From positions 1,984-65,983 of the forward strand of contig JBNKGC010000004.1 in assembly GCA_050289625.1 (NCBI GenBank): a DNA stretch of 64,000 nucleotides, given 5' to 3'. Numbering within the stretch: position 1 is the first letter of the stretch; the number at the start of each line of letters is the position of its first letter. This stretch comes from Polyangiaceae bacterium (GTDB taxonomy: Bacteria; Myxococcota_A; Polyangia; Polyangiales; Polyangiaceae). The notes under the pieces were generated by a model, which worked only from the letters and a program-made list of their open reading frames with translations, was not told the DNA's origin and ran no database searches. Both the position numbers and the translations under genes were made by a program. Below, in pieces: positions 49,940-58,109 of the stretch.

Positions 49940-50233
49940 CCGGGTTGCAAAGCTGCCCGCGTTTGGCCAGCAGGCAACAGCCTGACGCCGTGCAAGCCGC
50001 CCGAACCAAGCAGCGCCAAACCAGCGGTCGCCCAGCAAAGAAGCGCTGAGCAAGTCGGCACAAGCGGGCGCCCGAGCGACCAGGCGGCCAGCGACTGGGC
50101 GGCGACGTGGGCGGCGACGCGAGCCGTGACCGCGCTGCCGAGCAGGTCGCGCCGCGCCTCGCGCTTCGCTCGAATGACAGCTCGCGTCCGATTTTTGCGC
50201 CAGGGCGGGAGCAGTCGACTAAGCTGCCGCGTG

Positions 50234-50650
50234 ATGCGTCCTGGTGGAAGCGCCTCAGACAAACTCTTCGCGAGCTTGGAACAGTTCAGGCAGACCTGGC
50301 CCAAAAGCGGCTGGAGTTGGGACTACCGTCTCAATACCGTTGCTTCGTCTTTCCACGTGGAGTTGGCCGAGGAGGCCCATCGAGTCATCTCAGGGGCGAT
50401 GCCCGACCTCTACGACTCGCGGTCCCTTTCCAAGGCTCCCCAACAGATCCGCGACGTGGCGGAGAACTCAGGCGGAGTGCGCTCCGATCAGCGCATTTAC
50501 GTCTTACCGACGTCGGGTCGTCTCATCGCCTACGGCCTCTGGTGGCCGTGGGGAGACGAAATCACCATCTCGATGCGCATCGGCCTGGCCGGCTACGTGG
50601 GCGAAACCGACCACGAGCGCCTCCGGACTCAGTTCAACGCCATCGGTTGA
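50234..50650 (+). CDS. Hypothetical protein (138 aa)
   Basis: Trimmed to ATG 50234. Normal composition. No family recognised. Confidence 0.5.
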   Translation: MRPGGSASDKLFASLEQFRQTWPKSGWSWDYRLNTVASSFHVELAEEAHRVISGAMPDLYDSRSLSKAPQQIRDVAENSGGVRSDQRIYVLPTSGRLIAYGLWWPWGDEITISMRIGLAGYVGETDHERLRTQFNAIG

Positions 50651-50821
50651 GCGAGCAGGGCGCCACCGCTCGCCCTGCTTCGTGGGCGTCAGCGAACCGT
50701 CGTCACGCCGAGGAGCTTCGCCGCGAACCAGAGACTGCCTTTGCGGGGCGGGGAACCACCGGCACCCCGGGGCTGCAAACCGCTGCGGGCTCGCTCGCAC
50801 GCGTGGCGACGGCTCACTGCT

Positions 50822-51604
50822 TCATTGGGGAGAGAGGTCGCGTTCGTAGTGCCACCCGCTCGAGAGCAACCATACCCGATGCCGGGGGCCCGAGGTGTCC
50901 AGCTCGGCAATGTTCTTCTTGAAGGCTTCCGGCGACATCCCGCCGCCGATTTTGCCGAGGCTTGGGTAGGCGGCGTCTTCGCGCTGGATGGTGGCGGCCC
51001 CGCCTTCGACCAGAACGAGCGCTGGTCGAAAGACTTTCACCGGAGCTCGCGCGAGGTGCCCGATGGCGTGACCGACGTCTCGCGTTTGACTGAGCTCGTG
51101 AAGGGTCACGAATGTGGGAGGAGGTAGGGCGATGCCGCCCCGATCTCGTTCCTCGAGGGCGCCTATCGGACTCATCCAACGGGCACTCAGGATTTCGCGA
51201 CCATCGGGTTTCGCGACCGCTTCCGGAGCTTGGGCCACGAAAAACCAGGTCGCGTGGCGCACGGTTCGCGCTGCGGGCGTGGTCCAGTGGGCGAAGAAGG
51301 TGAGCTCCCCGGGGTCGAGATCCAGACGCACTTCCTCGTCCGTCTCCCGCACGGCGCAACGTCGGGCGACCTCCAAGTACCGAGGCTCGGTCTCGCGGTC
51401 GAGCCAGAGCTGTTCGCTCGCGCGGGTGGTCAGCTCTCCTCCAGGGTCGTCGGCCGTCTCGACGACTCCACCGGGGAACGCCCAGGTGTCCGCGTGCGCC
51501 CGGTGGCCGGCGCTGCGCTTTAGCAGCAAGACCTCGATTCCGTACGCAGCCTTCGCAGCGCGGATCAAGAGCACGGTGGCCGAGGGGATCGGCTCAGGAG
51601 GCAT
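50822..51604 (-). CDS. NUDIX hydrolase
   Basis: FPGGVVE ... AVRETDEEVRL (a Nudix box interrupted by an insertion). Start ATG 51604 overlaps the stop of DUF362 by 11 nt. Confidence 0.8.
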   Translation of the reverse strand: MPPEPIPSATVLLIRAAKAAYGIEVLLLKRSAGHRAHADTWAFPGGVVETADDPGGELTTRASEQLWLDRETEPRYLEVARRCAVRETDEEVRLDLDPGELTFFAHWTTPAARTVRHATWFFVAQAPEAVAKPDGREILSARWMSPIGALEERDRGGIALPPPTFVTLHELSQTRDVGHAIGHLARAPVKVFRPALVLVEGGAATIQREDAAYPSLGKIGGGMSPEAFKKNIAELDTSGPRHRVWLLSSGWHYERDLSPQ

Positions 51605-53111
51605 TTTCGTCGATGGGTTCCAATCCCCTGGGACGCGCCCGTCCTCGGGCGTCGAAACCGCGCACCAGAGTGGGCTGTCCGCTGAGCCGTTGTGCGGCCG
51701 TTTTCGCACGCCAGGCGAGGTAGTGCTTGTTGAAGGCGATGATCTCCTGGCGACTGAGGTACGGGTTGTTCACGCCCCCCAAGGCCGACAGGGTCAAGAT
51801 CAGCTCGGCCACGCTCACCGGACATCCTTCGAGGCGCACGAAGGGTTTCCGACGAGCCGCCTGGAGGCGTGACAACGTGTGCAACATCTTGGCGTAGATG
51901 TCGGGGTGGGGGACCTTGGTCGGATCGATCGTGCTGCGATCGCGGTAGAGACTTTCCACCTCGACGAGCTGTCCGCCCACCTCACCTCGGTAGCTCACGC
52001 AGTCACCGACGAAGACGACCTTTTCGCCGTAGCTGACGTCCAGGGGGCCTTTGTAATCCCCGAACACGACGTGCATGCGCGCCATCTTCTCGTCGCACTC
52101 ACTGTCGTAGAGTCGGAGAACCTCGATCGCCTCTTCGAGAGCGCCGGGGCACCCGCCCCAGCAGTAGTCCTGGGTGTCGCTCGGTGGCGGGCCGGCGTAG
52201 GCCTGGATGTGCGACCCCGCGAAATACTTCTCCACCCGGATCAGTCCGACCTGAAAGTCCTTCGCGCGCTCTCGTGCTTCACCCAGGGGTACGTCGCCGC
52301 TGACGGTGATCGTTTCTTGTTCGAGGGGGCCGAAGCCGTCCTCGTAGGCGAGACGGATGTGCGGCACATCGCGCGGATCGAGCCCGAGAATGCGGCAACA
52401 CACCGCATCGACGGCGACCTGGTTGTTGCCCAGCACGAGCAGGTTCAGGTCGTAGGGGATGGGGGTGAGCATGCGCCCCTGACCGGCGGTGATCGCGTCG
52501 ATCACGACGAGCTGGGGCTGCACGACGTGTTGCAGATCGGCGATCTTTCGATCGAGCGCATGATCGTGATCGATCAGGCGGTGACGATCGTCCTGGATGC
52601 CGATGTAGTTCTTGAGGGCAAAAGTGACCGTGGTCCAGGGGTGTGCCTTGAACTTGGGCACGTTGACGAAGAAGTCGGCGCGGGCGACCGGCTCCGGAAC
52701 GTAGATGCTGTCGCGGAGCCGTCCCGGGTGAGAAAGGGGGATCTCCACCTGGGGAACTTCGTCGAAAAAGTGCTTGGTCGCCCCCGTCCGGCGGAGGACG
52801 CGCGGGTAGTTCGCCTGCTCGAAGGCGTAGCGTGTGGGCACGGTGATGCCGCACCGCTCGCCGATGGCAAGCTCGGTGACCCCGTCGGCGCGATCTTGCA
52901 GTGCCTGCACGACGCCCTGAGCCACTTCCGGTCGCGTGAAGGCGTATCGAAAGAGATCGCCAGCCATCACGAGGTTCGGCTTGACGAGCACGCGCCCGCT
53001 CGGCCTCAGGCCGAGCTCATCGAGGCCTTCCCGCACGATCTCGCGCACCCGTCCGGGTTCGTAGTCGTCACAGTGGCGCAGGATGACGCGCGTATCACGG
53101 GCTGGGTGCAT
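51594..53111 (-). CDS. DUF362 domain-containing protein
   Basis: RVLVKPNLV, KAHPWTTVTFALKNYIGIQDD, and Cys clusters in the C-terminal half. Family name recalled from memory. Confidence 0.8.
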   Translation of the reverse strand: MHPARDTRVILRHCDDYEPGRVREIVREGLDELGLRPSGRVLVKPNLVMAGDLFRYAFTRPEVAQGVVQALQDRADGVTELAIGERCGITVPTRYAFEQANYPRVLRRTGATKHFFDEVPQVEIPLSHPGRLRDSIYVPEPVARADFFVNVPKFKAHPWTTVTFALKNYIGIQDDRHRLIDHDHALDRKIADLQHVVQPQLVVIDAITAGQGRMLTPIPYDLNLLVLGNNQVAVDAVCCRILGLDPRDVPHIRLAYEDGFGPLEQETITVSGDVPLGEARERAKDFQVGLIRVEKYFAGSHIQAYAGPPPSDTQDYCWGGCPGALEEAIEVLRLYDSECDEKMARMHVVFGDYKGPLDVSYGEKVVFVGDCVSYRGEVGGQLVEVESLYRDRSTIDPTKVPHPDIYAKMLHTLSRLQAARRKPFVRLEGCPVSVAELILTLSALGGVNNPYLSRQEIIAFNKHYLAWRAKTAAQRLSGQPTLVRGFDARGRARPRGLEPIDENAS

Positions 53112-53169
53112 GAGGTGAGCTTAGCTCAGATCCGCCAGCACGCGCGGTGAACCGCCGGGCCGGTCGCGC

Positions 53170-53793
53170 TCATTCCGAGGGGTATTCGGAGAGGTGGCGG
53201 GTTGCGGGGAGCGAAAAAGGAAGCGTCAAGCTTCCGGCGGTCAGGCCAACGAAGAGCGAAGTGTCGAGCGCGCTCTGCATGTCCTCGCGTCTCGGCCGCA
53301 GGGCGGCGAATGTAATTCCAGCGGCAGCGATACCGACCGCACCGGCGATGCAGGCGACGACGTCGAGCCGCCGCAGATCGTTTTCGAGGACGCTCAGGTG
53401 AGTGAGCTCCTCGAGCGGGTAGGTGCGGAAGTTGCGAGGGCCACCGATGCGCAGCGCCGAGTCCTCGATGCGGAAGTCGAACGGCACCCGGTGGCGGAAC
53501 TTGCGGGAAGGGCAGTACGCCTTCCCGCAGGGCTCGGCGTGGTAAATCTCGAGTCGATCGAAGTGATCGATGCGGACGGTCTTCCCGTCGAGGGTTTCGA
53601 CGAGGGCGGGTTCCCCGCGGCTTGCCGAGCGCAGCAGGCGTGGCGCTTGGTCCGGGGGAAGATGAGCTGCTCGAGTGCAGCCGCCGAGAAGCAGGAGCAT
53701 CACCGCACCGACGAGGATTCGCGGACGGTTTGCTTTCCGCTGCACGGGCCATTCGAGACGATGCCGGGCGCGGCAGCCGACGGCTCGTTGCAT
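53170..53793 (-). CDS. Hypothetical lipoprotein with C-terminal hydrophobic segments (tandem paralog B)
   Basis: Lipobox LLLGGC. Paralogous to 53793..54362. The ATG shares one nt with the upstream stop (TGATG). Confidence 0.6.
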   Translation of the reverse strand: MQRAVGCRARHRLEWPVQRKANRPRILVGAVMLLLLGGCTRAAHLPPDQAPRLLRSASRGEPALVETLDGKTVRIDHFDRLEIYHAEPCGKAYCPSRKFRHRVPFDFRIEDSALRIGGPRNFRTYPLEELTHLSVLENDLRRLDVVACIAGAVGIAAAGITFAALRPRREDMQSALDTSLFVGLTAGSLTLPFSLPATRHLSEYPSE

Positions 53794-54362
53794 CAGTCGA
53801 CCTCGTCTCCGAGGTCCGCAGTGGCCGGAAGACTGACGGCCAGCGATGCGCTCCCGGCCGCTCCCATCGCCAGCAGAGGCAGAAGCACTTGGCGCGAGCC
53901 GTGAGGATCGTTCTCGGCGAACTGACGCGCGGCTTGAAAGCTCAGTCCGAACGCCGCGAGCCCGACGCCGAGGGCGGTCCCCACGACGATCCAGGTTCGC
54001 TCGGAGGAACGCTCGGCGAGGCGGATCTCGGGGACTTCGGCGTGCGAAAATCGGCCAATGCCGCCCCGATCACGCAGCACGAGCATCTCGCTTCGAAGCT
54101 CCACCTGCAGGGGGGCGTCGAAGACGTACCTCGGTCGGTAGCACCAGTCGTTTTCGCAGTGTTCCTCCTGAACGACCTCCACTCGCGTGAATTGCAGGAT
54201 GCGGCGGCGCTCGCCGTCGAGCGTCCGAACGGTGGCCGCGCGCCCCTCACTCGCGGCTTCGAGCGCATGCATGGCCTCCTCAGGGGGGAGCCGGACCGTG
54301 CGATAGCATCCCGCCGACACCGTGAGGCACGCGCCGAGGGCCAGCTGAAGGTACTTCATCAT
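53793..54362 (-). CDS. Hypothetical lipoprotein with C-terminal hydrophobic segments (tandem paralog A)
   Basis: Lipobox VSAGC. Shares LPP.[EQ]A, AS.G, TLDG, C..x..C and SLPAT blocks with paralog B. Confidence 0.65.
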   Translation of the reverse strand: MMKYLQLALGACLTVSAGCYRTVRLPPEEAMHALEAASEGRAATVRTLDGERRRILQFTRVEVVQEEHCENDWCYRPRYVFDAPLQVELRSEMLVLRDRGGIGRFSHAEVPEIRLAERSSERTWIVVGTALGVGLAAFGLSFQAARQFAENDPHGSRQVLLPLLAMGAAGSASLAVSLPATADLGDEVD

Positions 54363-54527
54363 CGGAGGCAGCGATTGTGGGCTGAGCTGCTACCTGGATC
54401 GGACCACGGGCGGCCGGTTCCGGCTCAGCTCGACCGGGCGCGGGCCCGCTTCGAGGCATTGGCGGCCGCTGTCCGCACCGCTCTTGCCTCTGCCAACCCA
54501 CGCCTGCGATGGTCGTTAGGAGATCGC

Positions 54528-55355
54528 ATGGCAGTACAGCAGCTCTCTTTTCGGGATCGGTGGGTGGTGGTGACGGGGGCCGCTCGCGGCATCGGACGAG
54601 CCACGGCGGAACTTTTAGCCACCCGGGGGGCGCGATTGGTGCTCGCTGACGTGGACCGAGACGCCGTGGACGAGGCAGCCCGGATGCTTCGGGCGCGCGA
54701 CGCCACCGTGCTGTCGTACGGGGTGGACGTCGCCAGTCGCGAAGCCATGCGCGAGTTCGCCGACTGGGTGTACGACCACGTCGACTCGTTGGAACTGCTG
54801 GTGAACAACGCGGGCGTTCTCGAGGTGGGCGGCCTCTTCGACACGTCGTGGGAGGCGTGGGAGCACGTGGTGGGCGTCAACCTGTGGGGAGTTATTCACG
54901 GCTGTCGCTACTTCGCTCCGGAGATGCGCGAGCGTCAGCGCGGCCACATCGTCAACGTCGCGTCGGTGGCCGGGCTCGTGGGGTTTTCTTCACTTCTCGC
55001 TTACACGACGACCAAGTTCGGGGTCGTGGGATTTTCCCAGGCGCTCCGGGCGGAGCTCGAACCGTGCGGGGTGGGCGTGTCGGTCGTCTGCCCGGGGCTC
55101 GTGAACACGTCGATCGTGGAGCAGGATCGGTTCGATAAGGAGCTTCGCGAGAAAATGCGGGGCGTCTTGGAGCAGCGCGGGATGGATCCGAGTCGGGTGG
55201 CTCGAGCGGTGATCGACGCGGCCGAGCGCAATCAGGCGTACGTCACCGTAGGAGCTCGAGCGAGCGCCCTGGAGTGGATGGGGCGAGCCATGCCAGGGGT
55301 CGCGAGCCGGGTGCTGGAGCGGGCCGCTTCGAGCCGGTTCTTTGGCGGCAAGTGA
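54528..55355 (+). CDS. SDR-family oxidoreductase
   Basis: VVTGAARGIGRA, NNAG, YTTTKFG. SD TAGGAG before ATG 54528. The upstream 300 codons of the track ORF are antisense to the lipoprotein genes. Confidence 0.9.
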   Translation: MAVQQLSFRDRWVVVTGAARGIGRATAELLATRGARLVLADVDRDAVDEAARMLRARDATVLSYGVDVASREAMREFADWVYDHVDSLELLVNNAGVLEVGGLFDTSWEAWEHVVGVNLWGVIHGCRYFAPEMRERQRGHIVNVASVAGLVGFSSLLAYTTTKFGVVGFSQALRAELEPCGVGVSVVCPGLVNTSIVEQDRFDKELREKMRGVLEQRGMDPSRVARAVIDAAERNQAYVTVGARASALEWMGRAMPGVASRVLERAASSRFFGGK

Positions 55356-55706
55356 TCCGCCGTTCCGCGAAGCGACTTCGAAGCAGGAAAGGTCGGAACC
55401 GACGAGCTTTCCCAGCTCCTGGTCGCTTCATTTCATCCCGAGCGGTCAGGGGACGTGTATCTCGTTCCCGACGAGCACTGGTATTTGATGCAGAGCCCCT
55501 ATCACACCACCGTGGCAGCGATGCATGGGACGCCGTGGAAGTACGATCGTTACGTGCCGATCGTGTTCTTCGGACGAGGAGTGAAGCCGGGTGTGTACGG
55601 GCGCGAGGTGGCTCCTCGGGACATTGCTCCGACGCTCGCAGCGATGGTCGGCATCGAAGCGCCGAGGCAAGCGGAGGGCAGCGTGCTGGTCGAACTCAAG
55701 CAGTGA
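55356..55706 (+). pseudogene. C-terminal remnant of an alkaline-phosphatase-superfamily (nucleotide pyrophosphatase/phosphodiesterase-type) gene
   Basis: Open frame directly behind the SDR TGA, reading ...HPERSGDVYLVPDEHWYLM...HGTPWKYDRYVPIVFFGRGVKPG...RDIAPTLAAMVGIEAP. Only the last ~115 residues of a normally much longer protein are present. Confidence 0.55.
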
Positions 55707-55790
55707 TCGATCGCCGCAAGCGGTCATCGATCCGAGTGCGGGGCGATGGTGCCAAGCCCCGAGGGCGTGATCGATGGCCTCTGCCGCAAC

Positions 55791-56726
55791 CTACTGCGCA
55801 AAGAGCCAAGCAAATACTTCGGCCATCACCTGCGGACCCCGCGGACCATATTGTCCGTGGTGCGCGTGGGGCAGCAGGAAGAATCGCGACCGAATGCCCG
55901 CGGCGCGCAAGGCCTCGTCGCCGGCGCGCATGTGATCGGTATTTTCCTCTTCGCCGCCGAGGATCGCCACGGCCTTCGCCCGAGCAAGCCGCTCCGGCTC
56001 GGCGGTGCCGGGTGGGCCTCCCAGCACCAGGCGCGGGTAGCGCGCGGGGTATTCGCCGGCGAGGCGCTCACCACGATGGGCTCCCTGCGAATAGCCGACC
56101 AGGACGAGTTGGTCGGTGTCGAGCTCACCGCCGCGCGCCTGTTTGACCACGTCGAGAGCCGCGTCGATTCGCTTTTGAATCAGGCTCACGTCCTTTGGCC
56201 AGCGGAAGCCCGGCCGACCTTCGCAGGGGATGTCGGCCTTGAGGACGATGAGGGTGCCGTAGTGGCTTGCGAGCGGTGACCAATCGTCCATCGCGCGCGG
56301 GTTGCCGCACATGCCGTGCAAATACACCAGCGCTCGATCTTGCTCGGGGCCCGCGTGCACCACGCGGACGCTGCGATCGCCGGGAACGTCGAGCTCCGTG
56401 GTCAGGCCGAAGAGGATCCCCGGGGGGAGTTCGGGCGGCTTTTCCTTCGGCGGTTCCGTGGGCGCGGTGGAGTCCTCGGCTGGGTGGGCAACCGTCGACT
56501 CGGTGCTCGCCGCGGGTGAGTCGGTCGAACCGGCTTCGGTCGTACTTCCCGTAGGCGGAGGCGCGCCGGCTGCGTCTTTTCCAGAGCCGCTCTCGAGCTG
56601 GTCCGCGGCCCCCGGATCGTGCGTTTGCTGAGCGGCTTGGGGACGGCTGCAGGCGTAGGCCGCAACGACGAGCGCAGAGAGCGCGACCCGGGTGCAGAGG
56701 GTCCCCAGGGACGGCCTGCGCCGCAT
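55791..56726 (-). CDS. Alpha/beta-hydrolase-fold lipoprotein (esterase-like)
   Basis: Lipobox VVAAYAC, a Pro/Thr-rich linker, YLHGMCG, nucleophile elbow VGYSQGA. The ATG shares one nt with the upstream stop. Confidence 0.75.
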   Translation of the reverse strand: MRRRPSLGTLCTRVALSALVVAAYACSRPQAAQQTHDPGAADQLESGSGKDAAGAPPPTGSTTEAGSTDSPAASTESTVAHPAEDSTAPTEPPKEKPPELPPGILFGLTTELDVPGDRSVRVVHAGPEQDRALVYLHGMCGNPRAMDDWSPLASHYGTLIVLKADIPCEGRPGFRWPKDVSLIQKRIDAALDVVKQARGGELDTDQLVLVGYSQGAHRGERLAGEYPARYPRLVLGGPPGTAEPERLARAKAVAILGGEEENTDHMRAGDEALRAAGIRSRFFLLPHAHHGQYGPRGPQVMAEVFAWLFAQ

Positions 56727-57430
56727 CAGCGCACCGCCTCCGAACGCTCCGGCTGCGACGTGCCTCGAGGAAGAACATCGGCAAAGACGAAGCCGTCCCG
56801 CTCGACGACCTCGCCCACCTCCACGTCGAGAGCGCGCCTGAGCATCGGACCCTTCCACACGAAGGAGTGAAACTCCCCGTTTTCGCCGCAAGGATCGACT
56901 CCCTCGGGGAGCTCCCGCAGGAGGGACTCGTCGAAGCGGCGACCAGCAAGTTCCCGGGGCACTTTGCGAGGGTCGACACACGTCAGGTAGGCCGAGAGTC
57001 CCCCGCGGATCATGTCGCGGGCGAGCTCACCCGTGGGAATTTGCCACAGGGGAAAGATGGGCTCGATTCCCGTGCCTTGCAGCTTGCCTTCGCGGTAGCT
57101 GCGGATGTCCTCCAGGTAGAGGTCGCCGAAGGCCATTTGTTCGATGCCCTCGCTCTTCGCCCGGTCCACGACGCGTGCCATCGCCGCTTCGTACTGGTCG
57201 TTGCTGCAAGGGGAGGGGATCGGCACCTGCCACAAGGGAAGACCGGCGGCATCGGCCTGCGCCTGGAGCAGCTTCTCGCGCACGGCATGCATGGCCACTC
57301 GCTGGTGCACCTCGTTCACGCTGGTGAGGAGGCCAACGACGTCGACGTCACCGCGGTCGCGCAGCACGTGCAGAGACCAGGCGCTGTCCTTGCCGCTGCT
57401 CCAGCTCAAGAGGACTTTCGGTCGGGTCAC
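56726..57430 (-). CDS. Dph6-related ATP pyrophosphatase (MJ0570/DUF71, adenine-nucleotide alpha-hydrolase)
   Basis: PP-loop LLSWSSGKDSAW and typical length (234 aa). Confidence 0.85.
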   Translation of the reverse strand: MTRPKVLLSWSSGKDSAWSLHVLRDRGDVDVVGLLTSVNEVHQRVAMHAVREKLLQAQADAAGLPLWQVPIPSPCSNDQYEAAMARVVDRAKSEGIEQMAFGDLYLEDIRSYREGKLQGTGIEPIFPLWQIPTGELARDMIRGGLSAYLTCVDPRKVPRELAGRRFDESLLRELPEGVDPCGENGEFHSFVWKGPMLRRALDVEVGEVVERDGFVFADVLPRGTSQPERSEAVR

Positions 57431-57554
57431 GCAGGCGACATGCCATTCGCACGGCTGGTACTCAAGAGCCGCAAGCTAAGGCGACGCGAAACGATCGGTG
57501 AAAGGACCGCGAGAGCCGTGATCTAGGCTCTCAGAGGCGAGGTCGGCCGCTCGA

Positions 57555-58067
57555 TCAGCCGTCGCGGAGCTCGACGCCGGTCGCGACGAGGCGGACTTCG
57601 GTCGCGGTGCCGTCGGAGTTCTTCGCTCCGAAGGTAGCTCCTTCTTCTTCCAGGTGCTCCACGTGCGATTTCTTCACGGTCTCCACCTCCACGACACCCT
57701 CCACGCGCGCCATCTTGCCGGCGGAATCCGTGGGAACGAAGAAGGAGTAGTCCTGGAAGGTGACTCGACAGCCGGGCGCGTTGTCATTCGGGGCGCTCGC
57801 CACCTCCATCCAGCATCCCTTCCGGGAACAGGCCCGTCGCACGTGCCCCTCGACCAACACGGTCTGCCCCGCGTAACCGGCCGGGCTACGCAGCACGCCC
57901 TCGAGGTCCTCGGTTTTCGTCAGAGTGACGCCGGCGCCGTAGCTGTGCGAGCCCGGCGCAGCGGGCGTCGGGCTCGCATCGGGAACGGGTTCTTTCTGCG
58001 CCTTCTGGCAAGCCGAGAAGCTAGCGAGGAGTGACGACAGGACGAGGAGGCGAGCTGCTGAACGCAT
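57555..58067 (-). CDS. DUF4920 domain-containing lipoprotein
   Basis: Lipobox SFSAC. GQTVLVEGHVRRACSRKGCWMEV...FFVPTDSAGKMARVEG. Family name recalled from memory. Confidence 0.8.
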   Translation of the reverse strand: MRSAARLLVLSSLLASFSACQKAQKEPVPDASPTPAAPGSHSYGAGVTLTKTEDLEGVLRSPAGYAGQTVLVEGHVRRACSRKGCWMEVASAPNDNAPGCRVTFQDYSFFVPTDSAGKMARVEGVVEVETVKKSHVEHLEEEGATFGAKNSDGTATEVRLVATGVELRDG

Positions 58068-58109
58068 GGCCGGCGGAGTATAGCGTCCTGGCCCCGGTTG
58101 TCCCGTGGC

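Noticed and set aside
53622-54527. Upstream 302 codons of track ORF 53622..55355
   Set aside because: It is antisense to the two paralogous lipoprotein genes. The SDR domain begins at ATG 54528, which has a TAGGAG ribosome-binding site.
55353-55355. Selenocysteine or programmed read-through at the SDR TGA
   Set aside because: The in-frame downstream ORF is better explained as a gene remnant. I see no SECIS-like hairpin immediately downstream, and the SDR is complete at its normal C-terminus.
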